The notes under the pieces: model-generated
Seen by the model: only the letters and a program-made list of their open reading frames with translations
Told to the model about the DNA's origin: nothing
The model's database searches: none
Part shown: piece after piece, positions 1 to 18,066 of the stretch
Layout of the letters: every line of letters starts with the position of its first letter
Position numbering within the stretch: the first letter of the stretch is position 1
From: the human T2T-CHM13v2.0 reference genome, Homo sapiens
DNA: 64,000 bases
NCBI RefSeq assembly: GCF_009914755.1
Contig: NC_060936.1
Direction: 5' to 3' (one strand)
Program-made: the position numbers and the translations under genes

Positions 1-829
1 ATCATAAAGACCTGGGTCTTTATGATTAAGAAAGACCTTAAGAGTAAATGCTCAATAAATGTTATTAATATATTCTTCCCTCTGCAATACAGTAGAAGCT
101 CTTGCTAGACAGGTAAAAATTTACCTTCCTTGTCTGTAGCTTGGAAGTTGCAAAACACTGGGCTAGAAGGTCCTTAAGATCTTTCCACCTCAGAAATACT
201 TACTTCATTCTCTGTCTTTCACTTGGTCCCTCCTGTGTACCTGAAACTGTGCATGGTAGTAGAGTTACAGAGAAGAATGAGGCAATGAGGCCATATGAGG
301 CCATATTCCAGCCGTCGACGAAGTGGCCCAAAGAGGAAAACAGACATGGCATCAATGCCTAACCTTAATACCTGGGAGTGGAAACACTGACCTAGAAATA
401 TTCACAGAGAGCTGTGAGCCATGGTAATTCTTCCCTGTCTGACAAACTTCAACCTGAACTGCTAAGCACCTAGACCCTGCTGGGCATACCTGTTAACTTC
501 TCCCATCAGTTGAGTCTTTAAAATACATTATTTGTGCGTTCGTTTAAATATGTTTGATCTTTGACTCTGGACTTCCTCTTCGTTTAAAGTCTTTGCCATA
601 GGAAACTCTCTTTCTCCCTATATTTATTTTCCATGCTTACACCATACCCCTCTTACAACTTTGTTCTTATTTTTAAAAGAAATTAAAAGTGATTGACAAT
701 TGATGTTTTATTCCAGGAAGTTTCTGAACACCTCAAATCCTGCTACAAATGTGTGAAAAACTTTTTAAAAAATGAATACCTCAAATCCTTTGTATTTCAT
801 TACTCTTCTTCCCTTCACTAGGCCCTATA

Positions 830-1870
830 CTAGAGTTTCAAAAACTGGTGTGTGGAACTCTGGAACTGCACAAGGGTGTTCTGCAGAATTTTGATTTTTG
901 GCAAAAGCTTTTTAACTTTACGTTTTTATTTCATTGATAAACTTAAAAATTAATGTAAATGTATTCCGGCTTATCAGATTTATTACCTTATAATTGATTA
1001 TGCATTGTAATCCTAATGCCTGAGCTTGTGTTTATATTTATGATTGTGTTTGCATCAAATGACATTGTGGAGCGCTGAGTGGCCAAAGGTTTCAAAGTTA
1101 TAAGAACAGAGGAAAGTAGTGGAAGAATTGGGTCATCACATGGAATATGATGGTGTAGGCATTCAGACTTAAAAAAGGAGAAGGCAACCTATCTGTTGTA
1201 TCTGGTATCATCCTTATTTTGCAAGTGGGTCTACTGTTCAGATACTAAGTAGGAATAATTCATTAACAATAAGTATACTATGAAGTATTCATTATTTTAA
1301 TAATTAAATTAAATACCCATACACATATTTTAAAGGCCACAATGTCAATTTTGTAAATTATTTCTAAACAATTTACAAAGTTGACACTTCAAGAAAATTA
1401 CTCTAGAATCAATATTCACTGGAAGACTTTCGATTCTATTGGAAAGCCATTTATTCTGAACTAGTAAACAAAATCATACTTAGGGGAACACATTCCTTTC
1501 CTACATTACTGTTATCAAAATGAAACTATAAAAACTATTTATAGACCTTGACCTGAGGCTGCATCCTTATGTATTAAACCCAACATCAGTAATGTAGTTC
1601 CAGTAAACATCATGTATCACATTAAATTAATGCTGTTAATTTGAATTTTAATGGTGTTGCAGTGTTGTTAGTATTTAATTTGTAAATTTGCTTTTTAGTT
1701 GGATAGAAGCATATACTTCTTTTACATTCAAATAAAATATGTGCATATTTATTTTATATTATAATAAAATGATGTAAGACTACACAGGTCAGGGAGCAGA
1801 AATCTCTGTGAGAGTGCCTTTACTTAAAAATGAGAATATGCATTATTTAAGCTGTAGAAATACTGCATGA
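830..1870 (+). mobile_element. Degenerate hAT-Charlie DNA transposon remnant
   Basis: Around 1495-1625 the remnant reads FLSYITVIKMK..IDLDLRL..IKPNI..SH*, resembling the C-terminus of Charlie-type hAT transposases. Boundaries are approximate. Confidence 0.45.
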
Positions 1871-2321
1871 AACAGCTATCACTCACAAGAGCTCAGAAGT
1901 TCTAGTCTTTGAATTAGCACGGACTGCTAATGAAGACTTGATGTACTCAAGAAAAAATGGGCAAAATAAGGACAATGAAGTAAGTTTGGATGCTACTAAA
2001 TAACACTACATTTGAAAGAATGTCTATTAACTGACTATTCTAGTTTTTTGGAGAGCTATCATTGTCCTATAAAATGTCAATGATAACACATGGTAGGCTT
2101 ATTTAATGCTTTTACTTGCCAAAAATTTTATTGTAACATTTTTCATGACATTCCAGAACTATAAACTGCTGATTATCATGGTCCTCTGCAGCCCACTGAA
2201 ATCTCTAGCTTTTTGTCACTAGTTTTCTGGCACTGAAACCACCAACATTTCAGAACTTGCAACCTCAGGTGCTTGTAGGCCACACAGAAGCTTGTAAACC
2301 AATAATAACAAGACAATAAAT

Positions 2322-2700
2322 TGTATTAGTTTGTTCTCCCACTGCTATGAGGACATATCTGAGACTGAGTAATTTATAAAGGAAAGAGGTTTAATTGACT
2401 CACAGTTCTGCAGGGCTGGGGAGGCCTCAGGAAACTTACAATCATGCTGGAAGGGGAAACAAATACACCCTTCCTCACATGGAGACAGCAAAGAGAAGAA
2501 TGAGCGCCCAGCAAAGTAGGGGGAACTCCTTAAAAACCCATCAGATCTCGTGAGAACTCACTCACTGTCATGAGAAAAGGATGGGGGAAACTGCCCCCAT
2601 GATTCAATTGTCTCCATCTGGTCCTTCCCACAACACGTGGGGATTATGGGAACTACAATTCAAAATGCGATTTGGCTGAGAACATAGTCAAACCATATCA
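2322..2700 (-). mobile_element. THE1-family solo LTR (ERVL-MaLR)
   Basis: Runs TGTATTAG...CCATATCA with the typical THE1 body. 5-bp TSD TAAAT at 2317-2321 and 2701-2705. Confidence 0.92.
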
Positions 2701-5107
2701 TAAATTTCTTCTTATTTGTAATTGGAACTCATTGCTCAGTGAACAGAAACAAAATAGACTAAAACAGGGAGTCTTAAAGTCATAATTATTTTTTCTCACT
2801 TAATATAAACCAATGTATATTCACCAATATTTTGATGGAGAGTCACAAAAGTATGGGCCATCAATTGGTGTTTAAACCACATTCAGTTTCAAATTATTTA
2901 AAGCAGACAGGAATACGGCACGTGCTATCAATCTAAGTGCATAATCCTGTCTGATTTCGTTGCTCAGTTTTTTACAGCTGTGTTACTTATATCTATTTCA
3001 ACAGGGTTTTTTAGTGGCTTGGTTTCATTAGTAGTTTCTAAATCATGCAATCTTTTTTCATAGAAATGGCTTCCTTTTATCTTTATTTTATTAATATAAT
3101 ATTTCAAATACATAAGTGTGATAACAAGTACAGTTGGATTCAAGGATTTTGGGGACCAGCCCAAGTGACTCTTGCTCAGCAAACAGCTTGACTGGTGTGA
3201 GTAGTATGAGGGCACATTGAAGAGTAGAATCCTTAAGCAATAAGTGCCGTGAGCCTCAGTCAGCATGTTTTATAGAAGGAATGGAGAGCATCATCTATTT
3301 TGGCAACATGGTTAAATGGATGCCAGTTAAAAACAAACTTATTGCAAAATGTAATGAGTATGAAAAAAACATAAGTACAAAATGCTATGAAAACTGAAGG
3401 GAGGAAGCAACTAACTGCCTATGATTCCGGGCTTCTTCAACCCTTGATTAAACAACAGCAGAAATTAAAATAACTTTTAAAAATGTATTTCTACATTTTC
3501 ACTATTTAAAATATTAGTGGGTTATTCCAACACAAAAGTTTAATCTGAGTTGATATGTTTTCCCTTAAATTTGGGGGATAATCCATACGATATTTTTTCT
3601 CATTGTTTTGAATTGTAAGTAATTGTTATGTCAATTGCTATTTTTAATGATCTGATGTCTTGAGTTGTGAAGAGTTAGAATTCCCCAAAAAAGGTTTTTT
3701 TATTCTCATAGAAAGGACAAATTCTGTGCTCCAACCACACAGGGCTCATTGCAAATGGTTTCTCCTGATGGCCTATCCAGTCACCTTTCTTCCATGTACC
3801 CATTCTTGGTGCTAATCAAGTCTCATCCCCTGTTCTCTTCTCTTGGCTTCAGTCCTTATTGGTCTTTCCCCTTAGCAGAACTCCTAGGGCACTGTGGCAT
3901 TTAATGATATCCTCTCTTGGATCACTCACTACCCAAAGGATCATGTCCTGTCCCTCTAAAATAGACTGCAAATCTCTTGATGAAGGATTGCCTTTCCCTT
4001 GCCTTTTTTCTGTTCACAGCATCTCTCTATCACAGGTACAAATAATTGCCTGTTGAATTGAATTTAAACAACCAGCAAGCTGCCAGAAGAAAAATGTGGG
4101 CATGTTTAATAAATGGACTAGATTTTCTGAGCAATAACTAAATTTTATTCTATAGTAAGTGCCATAAAAGATAAGTATAGCGGGTATAGCACAGCGAAGT
4201 TGGTAAAATTTAAGGGGACCTTAATGAAATATAAAATCAAATGGTTCATTTGTCTACCATTGTACCTTAAGTGCTGAAAAAAAATTGCATCCTGCTTCTA
4301 CTGCATAAACAAATGTAAGGAAGGCATGTCATGCTTCTTATTCAGTTAGAATAATGCCTGACACATAAAAAATGTTAGTTATCATAAAAAATGTTTGCTA
4401 TCACTGTTGTCATCACTACCAAAAATATAATGAGAGCATCAATACATTAGTTGATTATTCATTGTTCAACAGCAAGTATGGTTGAGCTAGGATTTGGGAT
4501 TCACAACAAGAACAAAAAGTCTAAATAAAATTTTTGTAATGAGAAATCCTTTTTGCAAATTCTTTCTCCATCTGTTTCATTTGTTTGCTGAAATAAAAAG
4601 GATTTGCCTCTAAATTTTTCCTTTTCTGCTGCTTTTTTCTTTCAGAAGCAATTTTCTTCTTGTAGGAACATTGTGTAATGTAACCTAGTATATCTTCAAT
4701 GCAAACTTCAGGGCTTAATAGGACTTTCTGATAGAAAAGTTCATTCCCTCCCTTCTCCCCGTTACTCTGTAAAGTGTTCCTATTTCTTGAGCCATTTCTA
4801 AGACAGTTGCCTTGTTAATATTTAGGTATTCTGGCTCAAAGTCACTAGGCATACTAATACACAAGGAAGAGAAATACACATTTTTCTTTCTGTTTTCCTT
4901 GCTCTGAGTATCAGAAACCAGCATAATAATTTTATTGCCTGTTTCAGACCAAAGCTATGTAGCTTTTTTCTCTGGATAAGAGTACCTCTGGGAAAAACAT
5001 TAGTGTTTTCTTTGGAGCAAGCGCTAAACATCAGTGTTAGTCTAATGCTAACACATTAGTGTTAGTCTTTGGAGCAAGCGAGTCATTTGATCCTGTGGTA
5101 AGGTGGC

Positions 5108-5499
5108 ACTATGGTTTAAATGTGTCCCCGAGGTTCATGTGTTGGAAACTTAATCCCCAATGCAGCAGTGTTGGGAGGTGGGGCCTAATAAGAGGTGATT
5201 AGGTATTGAGGGTTCTGACCTCATGAATGAATTAGTGTCATTATTGCAGAAGTGGGCTAGTTATTGCAACACTGGCTTGTTATAAAAGTAAATTTGGCTC
5301 CCTCTTGCTCTCTCACTGTCACTCTCTCTTACCTTCCTGCGTTTTGCCATGGGATGGTGCAGCACAAAGGCCCTCATCAATATGAGCATCTTGATATTGG
5401 AATTCCCAACTTCCAGAACTGTGAGAAGTTCATTTCTTTTCTTTATAAATTACCCAATTTGTGGCATTCTGCTACAGCAGCACAAAGCAGACTGAAGCA
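5108..5499 (+). mobile_element. MST-family solo LTR (MaLR)
   Basis: ctatggtttaaatgtgtcccc..gttcatgtgttggaaacttaatcccc start and ttataaattaccca..gcagcacaa..gactgaag end. Confidence 0.85.
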
Positions 5500-5944
5500 G
5501 GAGGCGACTTATTTTTAAGGAAGAGACAGATACAGAAGCCTAACAAGAGGTGGGTTTCCCCATTTTTAAGTCATTCCCACATTACTACTGTTGAAAACTC
5601 TTCCCTAATGGGAAGAATGTATTGAAGACTTAGACTACTGGAAAGGGGATACCTGTGGGTGAACATAGAGGATGCTCCAAAGGAGGTATCAATGAAGGTC
5701 TCTCTCCTGACTGCAATGAGAAATATAGCTCACAAAGCTCCTGTACACAAAAGAGAATAGAGGTCATTCAAAGGCAAAAGGAATGGTTTATAGGCATGGA
5801 TCTGCTTCATGGGACTTCCCACTGATGACCCATAGGTGCTCAAGTATCTGTGGATGTTGACTTCTGTTTCCATCTGGCTGTCTAGTTTTGGGTCTTTGTA
5901 ATTGCACCTCCTCTAAGGTTCTGTAAGATAATCTTTCTCTATAT

Positions 5945-6494
5945 AAGTTAGGGTTCTCCAGAGGAACAGAGCCAATAAGATGTGTGTCTGTGTATATGTA
6001 TATAATATATAACTTATTGGAAGGAATTGGCTCATTTGAGACTGGCAAGCCTCAAGTTTGGTCTCAAGCTCTGCAGGGTGAGTCAGCAAGCTGGAGAGCC
6101 AGGAGAGCCAGTGATTTAGTGCTAGTCCAAGCCTGAAGGCTTGAGAACTGAGAGAGCCAATGATGTAGTTCTCCAAAGACCTGCAGATTGGAGGCCCAGG
6201 AAGAACTGATGTTTCAGTTTGAGTCCAAAGGCAAGAAAAAAGCCAATGTCAGTATAAATGTAGTCAAACAGAAGAAATTCTCTCTTATTTGGAAGAGACT
6301 CAATCATTTTCTTCTATTCAGGCCTCTAATTGATTGCTTGAGGTCACCCATATTAGGGAGGGTAATCTGTTGAAGTCGGTGTAACAGTTTAAACGTTTTC
6401 TCATTCAAAAACACTCGCAGAAACACCCAGAATGTTTTACCAAATATTCAGATATCCCAAGGCTCAGCCAAGTTGACACACAATTAACCATGAC
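5945..6494 (-). mobile_element. MLT2-family LTR (ERVL)
   Basis: ttagggttctccagaggaacaga..ccaata start and ccaagttgacaca..aattaaccat end, both typical of MLT2. Confidence 0.8.
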
Positions 6495-6599
6495 ATTCCT
6501 TCATCCCCCCACTAACACACAGGCTTTCTTCTCTTTTCCTGACCGAGATAGTCTCATCAGAAATTTCCAGTGCCAGCATCATCTACTCCTCTCAATTTT

Positions 6600-7030
6600 G
6601 TCCTTTTTGCAGGTGAGGTTTGAAACTGAGTTAGTGGGCAGAATGTTTATTAGGAGTGCTCCCTTGGGATCCATACCTGTGGCAAGAAGGGAAGGAGGTA
6701 GGATTTGGGCAGAAAGAGAAGTCTAACTGTGATGCAGCCTTACCACAGCTTGGCTGACTGCACAGGGAGCTCTGAAACTAAAATGATCCTGTGTAGTGGT
6801 ACTGAGTTGGGCCAAAGGGGCCAGGTCTTTACACTCCCTCCTTTATCAGCCACTGGATGTGGGTCATCTTGTAAATATCACAACCTTGGGTGAGGCAGAT
6901 AGCTCTCTGCAGCTAGGCTGTCTCTGAAGAAGGTGACAGCTGATGAGTCTCTGCCAACAGCATCCCCGTCTGCTGGGGCAACAAGTCTGCATTGGAGGGA
7001 GCTGTGGGGGTGCTCTCACGTCCATCACAG
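6600..7030. mobile_element. LTR16-like ERVL LTR fragment
   Basis: tttattaggagtgctcccttgggatcc..acctgtgg..gaagggaaggag..ggatttgggcag motif. Confidence 0.6.
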
Positions 7031-9738
7031 TGGTTATGGTTTAAAGGCTGTGTCCTGTTTTTAGGGACTTCTTTGATTCTCAACATTCTCTTTTTGAAAG
7101 TTAAAAAAGAAAAATTAAACATTTATAATTTCTCTTTATATCCATGCCATAAAAATTCTTTTCAAGGAAGTATGAAGATCTCTTAATGACTGGGGGTTGG
7201 AAGGTGTGGAGAGGTTTACATAAGGATGTGCTTTGAAAAGGCAAAAATTGACCAAAGATCAGAATTTCAAAATTGCATGAAGAATCATTCTCTTTTAGAG
7301 TTGAAATGATTTGACTTAATTTAAGTACTAGTTTCTTTTATTATTTTGTATAATACCTGGTTTGCTATTCCTAGGGCCCTGATTTGGCTTAATTTTCATC
7401 CCAAACTATGAAAAATCCAAGTTTTTGTGCATTTACCCTACAGTCTGTGACAGAACTGAGAGTCATGATAAAATTATCTCCATCCTAGAAAGAAATCTAA
7501 TCTCCCCAAATAAGAACTTTCAAATCTTCAGTTTAAAAGTGTTGCCTACTTCCAATGCCAGAACTGACCTGATTCATGAGCAGACTAGATATAGGTTTCA
7601 ATTCCAGATATCCTGCTTGGTAGCAAAAAAAGAGATCAGCCAGCTGAATCACATTTTAATATTTTCTCTTCGTACTGAATACTTTGAGTCTAATAGCAGA
7701 GAATAAAAACCCAACTCAGCTGAAATATGAACTACCATTTGTTATTATCAATGCTGTGTTTCATCATTACCAGCCTCATATTTCAAGAGGACAGCTGGCA
7801 CTTCCAAGGTCAATGACAGTTTTATATAAAAACTCCAAATGAAAGGACTGCAGAGATCAAAGATTTGGGACAATCATACGGAGAAAGATTGCCATAAGCT
7901 AGCTCATCCATTCCAAAAATTGGGTTTTTATTTTTGGTACCTATGATAAAGGGGCAGAAAAAGATTTAAAAGGAGGATTTAATAAAAGTTATCAAGATGA
8001 GACTATACTTTCCAACATAAGTAAAACACTCCACAGAAGTTAAGGAGAAATGCACGCCAATAATTGTTACTGCTGAATGTCCACTCCCTGTTGGTGAATC
8101 ATTGTGAGAAGGCCTGATGCTAATCTGCAACAATTTAATTATACAGCAGGATAGTAATGATCTTGCAGACAGATGAAAACAAATCAAAATCAGCTCAGTG
8201 GTACCAAAGAATAGAAATAGACATGCTGTGTTAGGCTTTCAGTGACCTTGATGCGTGTATTTACATTAATGGAAGAGGGAGGGGTACCAAGTTTTCAAAG
8301 TTGTTGATTTTCGTAAATAGGAATCAGAATTATTCTCACTTTTTCTTGCTTCAGGGAATACTGGGATTATTATGAGAAATTATCGAAATCCAGAATATTC
8401 AGGCCGGAAGTTGCCAGCATCTACTGCAGTGACCTTGATCCTGTCCATGAATGAAGTAGAATGAGACCCGTATTTGGGAGCAATGAAAGGAAACACAAGA
8501 TGTTCCCAATTATTTCAACTTTCCATGCTACCTACCTCACTCATTTGCCTTCATTTTGAAGTCATGAGTTGAAGCTGTTTGGAAAATATTGTGGAGAGGA
8601 AAGAGTGACTTCTAGCTACAAAGATGGAAAACATTGCCGGGACCCAGGAGAGATGTGTATTAAGCAAAGTTTAACTTCAAGCCCCCAGTCTTTCTCTACT
8701 GAACATTTTCTTGCCTCAATAACCTCTGGCCCCTCCTTTCAGGCTTCAGCAGTATTTGTGCTCATTCTTTGGTCCTCCCTGCCACCCTGACCCCATTTTT
8801 TGTTATCAAATTATATATTCTGGTTTACCAAGAAATTGGAGGGATTCACATAGACAAAAGTCTGTTTTACTTATGAAAGCAGTATTTTATTCAAAATATC
8901 GAACAAAGGTTGAAAATAAAGGTGTTATTCCCAGTCTCATGTCAGAGACTCACCAGTCCCAAACCCAGCTGGACCTGCTCTGGATTACGGCAACGTCATT
9001 ATCAAGGTTATGACTGTCTTTGGCGCAAGTCTTCACAGTGGGATCCGTGAGCTCACGGCAGAAGGTAAGTCTGGAGTTCTCCTACATATGATGCATATCT
9101 AGGAGATATGAATGGGCTGCATAGAGCCCCTCTGCAGTTGACTGAAAATAAAATGTAAAGTTAATGCAATTCCTCACCTTAGACTTCATTCCTAAGACTA
9201 TATGGAAAGACATAAGAACTGATTTTTGGTGTTGCCATCAGCAGCGGAGGGTGCTGCATTAGGGGGTTGTGGAAGGAAAATTCTCATGCACTTCTCTTAC
9301 AAGTTCTAGATACTCAGCAAATAAATGTGTGTATTCTTTCTGGAAATGTGTGGTGTCCTTGCTGGGGCTGGGATTGAACCTGATGCTGAAGCAGGGTGTC
9401 CAAGTTTACTCTGAGATGATCTGAAAGGAGGATGTGAAAAAGAGTGGTGGGAAAGAAATTGTTGCAGGGTGGTAGCGTGTCTTAGACTGTTTGGGATGCC
9501 ATAACAAACAGCAGTTGATGGACTGGGCGGCTATAAGGGATATAAACAGCATGCATGTTCATTGATGGCAAGCAGGATATGTCTTTGTTGTTTTTCTCCT
9601 AGGTGCTTGTCTAACATGCTACACATATTTTACTGCCATTTATCTACCTTATTGTCCATGTCTCTACTGGAATATTTTCCCATTGCCTACACTAGTGCTT
9701 GGCACATAGTATGTGCCTGATTGAAAAATTTGAGTCCC

Positions 9739-13403
<3,665 letters not shown>

Positions 13404-13416
13404 AAAAATTGAGTCC

Positions 13417-13526
13417 CACCTGTAATCCCACTTTGTGAGGCCGAGACAAGAGGATCACTTGAAGCCAGGATTTCAAAACCAGCCTGGGCAACATAACCAT
13501 ACCTCTATCTCTATTTAAAAAGAAAC
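13417..13526 (+). mobile_element. Alu left-monomer/FLAM fragment
   Basis: cacctgtaatccca..gaggatcacttga..ccagcctgggcaacat. Confidence 0.8.
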
Positions 13527-13599
13527 TAAAATTTTGAATCGTTTGTATGAACACTACAGTTTTACCTGTACCTTTGTCAGTGATCTGTGTTGTAATCAT

Positions 13600-16500
13600 A
13601 TTTTCCTATGCTGCACTCATCTTATCATTGTTTTTATAGCATCTCGGTAATATAAATTCTTTTAATATAGTTGTATTTAAATTATTTTCCTTTATAGTTG
13701 TTGCTATTTATATATAGTTAAATAAGTTCTTCTCTCTTCTAAAGACATAAAGATACTCTCCTCTTAAGTGGTTAAGGCTTTAGAGGAGTTACATGTCTTT
13801 TAGTTGACCTTATTTCTGAGTACTCAAAAATTTGGAAAATTTTACTTTTTGTTCTTAATGTCAATCTTAATTGTTATTACTTACAATAATTTAGTTTTGC
13901 ATATTGTGTATGCAGCAACCTTGTTAAATTCTATTCGGAATTCTAAGAGTTTACGTATAGATTCTTTGATATTTTCTATGTATACAGAAATTTCACCTGT
14001 GAAAATTACCATTTTTATTATCTCTCCTAGTCTTTTCACTATTACATAATTTTCATTTTTACTGTGATATTGAAGACCTTTATTACAACGTATCACGGAA
14101 GTAGTGATAGTGTGCATCTCTGTCTCATTTCTAATATCAAAGCAAAGCTTTTCATGTGTTGCTATTAAGTATGATATATTCAGTAGGCATTTTTGTAGAT
14201 AACCTTCAGTCGATTGACAAAGTCCCCTTTTATTTTTAGATTGCTAAGAATTTTCATCATGAAATAATGTTAAATAGTATTAAATGATTTTCTTGTTTCT
14301 TGGTATGATGGTATAATATTGTTTTACATAATGCCAGATTTGGTTTGCTAACACCTGTTTTTTGCTTAGGAGTTTTGCATATTTTTCATGAGTGAAATTG
14401 GTCTGTAATTTTTTCTCATCCTTTTAGATTCTAGTATCAAGGTTTTGCTGGCCTGACAAAATGAGTTGGGAAGTGTTTCTTCTTTTTCTGTTCTCTGTTA
14501 GTGTTTATAGAAAAATGGACAATTTATTCTTTGAGTATTTGAAAGAACTCACCAATGAAACTATTTGGCCCTGACAAATTTTTGTTGGTCTGTGTAGGAA
14601 ATTTGACTACAGATTCAATTCATTCAATAGTTACAGAACTATTCAAGATTTCGACTTCTTGAGTCTGTTTTTGTTCTATTTTCATGTGAGACGTTACCAA
14701 TTTTGTCACAGAGTTGCCTGTTGAATTCAATTTATTATCTTTTAAAGATGTCTAAGGCATCTGTAGTGATACTCACCTTTTCATTCCTGAGATTGTTCCT
14801 GATATGATTAACAGTGCCTTCACTATTAATTTCTTGATCATTTTCACAGTTTTATAATCTAATTATTATTCTCAGAAAACAGCTTTGGCTTCGTTGTTCC
14901 TCTCTACTGTATGTTTATTTACAATCTCATAAATTTCTGCTCTTCATTCTATTTCTGCTTTCTGCTCCCTTTGAGTTTTATTTTGATCTTTTCTAAATGT
15001 CTTCAGCTGGGTATTTAGCTCAGTGTTCACCAATTTTTTTTCTCTAATATTTGCTTGTAAGAGTATAAATTTCCTCTTAGTACTGCTTTGGCGATATTTT
15101 ACAATTTTTGATATGTAATATTTTTATTATCACTTAGTCCAAAATATTTTCTACTTTTCATTATGATTTCCTGTTTAACCAATATAGTTGTTTTAGACAC
15201 ATATTTTTTAAAATTTCCAAACATACGGGGATTTTATAGTTATCTTCTTGGTTTTTACTTCTAGCTGAATTGCAAGATAGCCAGAGAATATATACTATGT
15301 GATTTCAATCCTTTGAAACTTGATGGCTCAGGAGTCAATTTCATAAACTTTCCTGTGTTTTAAAAGGAACATGTATTCAGCAGATATTGATGCTGTGTTC
15401 TGTATATAACCATTAGGTCAAGGGTGTAAATTGTATTGTTCAACTTTTCTATTTCTATGCTGAACTCTTGCCTCTTTGTTGAAAAAAAATCTTTAAAGAG
15501 TGTTAGAAAACTTCCACTATGCTCATAAATTTATCTATTTTTCTTATATGTTTATCAATTTTTGATTCATGATTTTTGATACCATATTATATATTTTATA
15601 CAAATTTGGAGTAGTTATATTTTTATATAATTATCTTAATCTCTAGTATTTTTTGTCTTGAAATCCATTTTGTATAATATTATCTTGTTATACCTGCTTT
15701 TGATGGGGGAGTTATAGTATTTAACTTCATCTTTTTTTCAATCCTTTTAAACTTTCTATATTTTTGTGTTTTAGCTCTATGCCTAGTAAACAGCATATAA
15801 CTGAAATTTTTTGGCTATCTTTGTCCTTTATTTAAAGCATTTACTGATGCATTTAGTTTTGTATCTACTTTATTGTTTTAAACAATTTGTCCCACCTAGT
15901 GTGTTTTTCTCTCTGTATTGCCTTACATGGACTTGATTTTTCTTCTACAAATTTGTAATGTTATTTACTTTGTTTCTATTCATTTAGTTGTTACACTAGA
16001 TTTGCTGTAGTGTGTGTACTTTAATTATACAAATATTAAGCTAATAAATACCTTTATTTTGTCATTGATTTTAAAATACTTCAATTCCATTTAGCCCTCC
16101 CATAATTTTATTTGGTTGTTTTCATGTATTTTAATGACATCATTTTATTCATACCTCATAACATTATTACTGTCGCTTATAACATTCAATGGTCATTTGG
16201 ATCAATCCCATATTTAACACTTTCTTTGCTCTTCATTTCTTCTTGGATTATAGACTCTTTCTCTGGGATTATTTTCCTTCTGCCTTAAATACTCCTTTAG
16301 AATTTTCTTTTGACAGGGTCTACTAGTCACACACTCTCTCGGTTTTCATTGGACCAAAATTGTCTTTATTTTACCTTCATTCTTGAAAGATCATTTTGCT
16401 GTGTGTAAAATCTGTTGATAGTAACTTTCTTGTAGCACATTGGATAGGTCATTCTCCTGTCTTCTGGCTTTCACTTTTATTCTTGAGAAGTCTGTCAGTA

Positions 16501-17330
16501 ATTTTCCTTTTTAAAATTTGTCTGTTTTAAGATTTACCTTGCTTGGGTTTCTGCGATTTTACTGTGGTGTGTTTAGATATAATTTTCTTTTTATTTAGTC
16601 CATTTAAGAATCACTGGACTTCTAGAGTGGGTTGATTGGTATATTTCATCTCTAGAAGAATTTCAGATGCTATCTATCCAAATATGCCTTTGTCTCATTC
16701 TCTGTCCTTCAGAACTCCAATTAAATACATATTTAACCATCTCTCTTTATTTCCTATGACTCTTTACCTCTCCTCTATATTCTCCATCTTTTGCTGTCTC
16801 TGCTCTGCATTTTGAATAATTTCTCTGACCCATCTTCTAGTTTAGTAATTCTCTCCTCAACTGTGTCTTGTCTCCTGTTAAATATACCTATTTTTTTTTC
16901 AAATCTGCTAGTTCACTTTAATTATCTGTTTCTTGCTGATATTTTCAGGTTTGTTTTTAATTTCTTTAACTATAGTAGGTATAGTTGTTTGATAATCTTT
17001 TCTAATTTATCTTTATGCTAAGTGTGTAGTACTTTGGGATTCCAGTTTTGTAGAGAGATGGATAGGTTCTAGGTGCCCCATCTACTTCCCTATGGCATTC
17101 AGGCAGTGAAAGCTGCAGCTCATTTTCTTCTGTTTAAGCAAATGTCCTCAAGACAAAAGATTTTGTCTTTGGCTTTTTAGTCAGTTGCTTCTTGTACTTA
17201 AATTTTAACCTGGTAACTATTTATATCTCATTGGCTTTTATGTGCTCTTGAGGTTTTTCAAAAAATGTTTCATCCAGTATTCCTAGTTTTTTTTCAACAG
17301 GAGAGTTGGTGTGAACAAGCTACATGTTAT
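13600..17330 (-). mobile_element. Ancient L1M (L1MC/ME-like) remnant
   Basis: T-rich antisense L1 ORF2-like text. ORF 13881..14117 resembles the L1 RT region (ENIKESIRKLLE..FNKVAAY). Confidence 0.75.
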
Positions 17331-17569
17331 CAGAACACACATATACACATCTGGGCAGCTTCAAGATTCCCATCTTTTAATACCCATGCTCATTTATGTG
17401 GAGTCAGGAAAATTGTGAGGGTCTTTTATGCCTTACAAGGCATCTAGAAAACAGGAATGGGGTAGGAATTGGATCACTGTTCTTCCCAAGTACCTTACAC
17501 TCAAGCATTGCTTACATGGCCTTCCAAAGAGGGTCTCCTACTTTCAGAACTCTCCAGAACAAGTACATT

Positions 17570-17868
17570 CCCCAATCTCAGGGGTCACATAGAAGGAGCA
17601 AACATTCTTTTCTCCATAGACATAAAGAAGTGCTTAAAATCACTCTACCATGTCCCTAGATTTTCAGCACCCCAAATCCCTTCCTAAGAACTCTCTCACT
17701 ATGCCCTGCTGCTATACATGCCCAAGCCTTGGGGGACATATGGAAGAGCAAACGTTCTTACCCTCAGAGACATAAAGAAGTGCTTAAAATTACACTCCCA
17801 TATTCCCAGATTCTCAGAGCCACAACTCTCTTCCCAAAAACTGTCTTGCCATGCTCTGCTACTATACA
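17570..17868. repeat. Two-copy diverged tandem duplication, period 150 bp
   Basis: agacataaagaagtgcttaaaat occurs at 17618-17640 and again at 17768-17790, and the flanks align. Confidence 0.85.
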
Positions 17869-18015
17869 GGATGCATGTATGAGAATCTGCCCTGAGCCAG
17901 CATCCAACTGGAGAAAAAGATGCTGGTACCCTGCCTTACAGGCACCCTAATATTTAAGGGGGATTCTTTTGAAGTCCTCTCATTCTGCTTCAGGGAAGAG
18001 AAAGAAATCTCCTGC

Positions 18016-18031
18016 AGAAGAAGAGGAAGAA

Positions 18032-18066
<35 letters not shown>

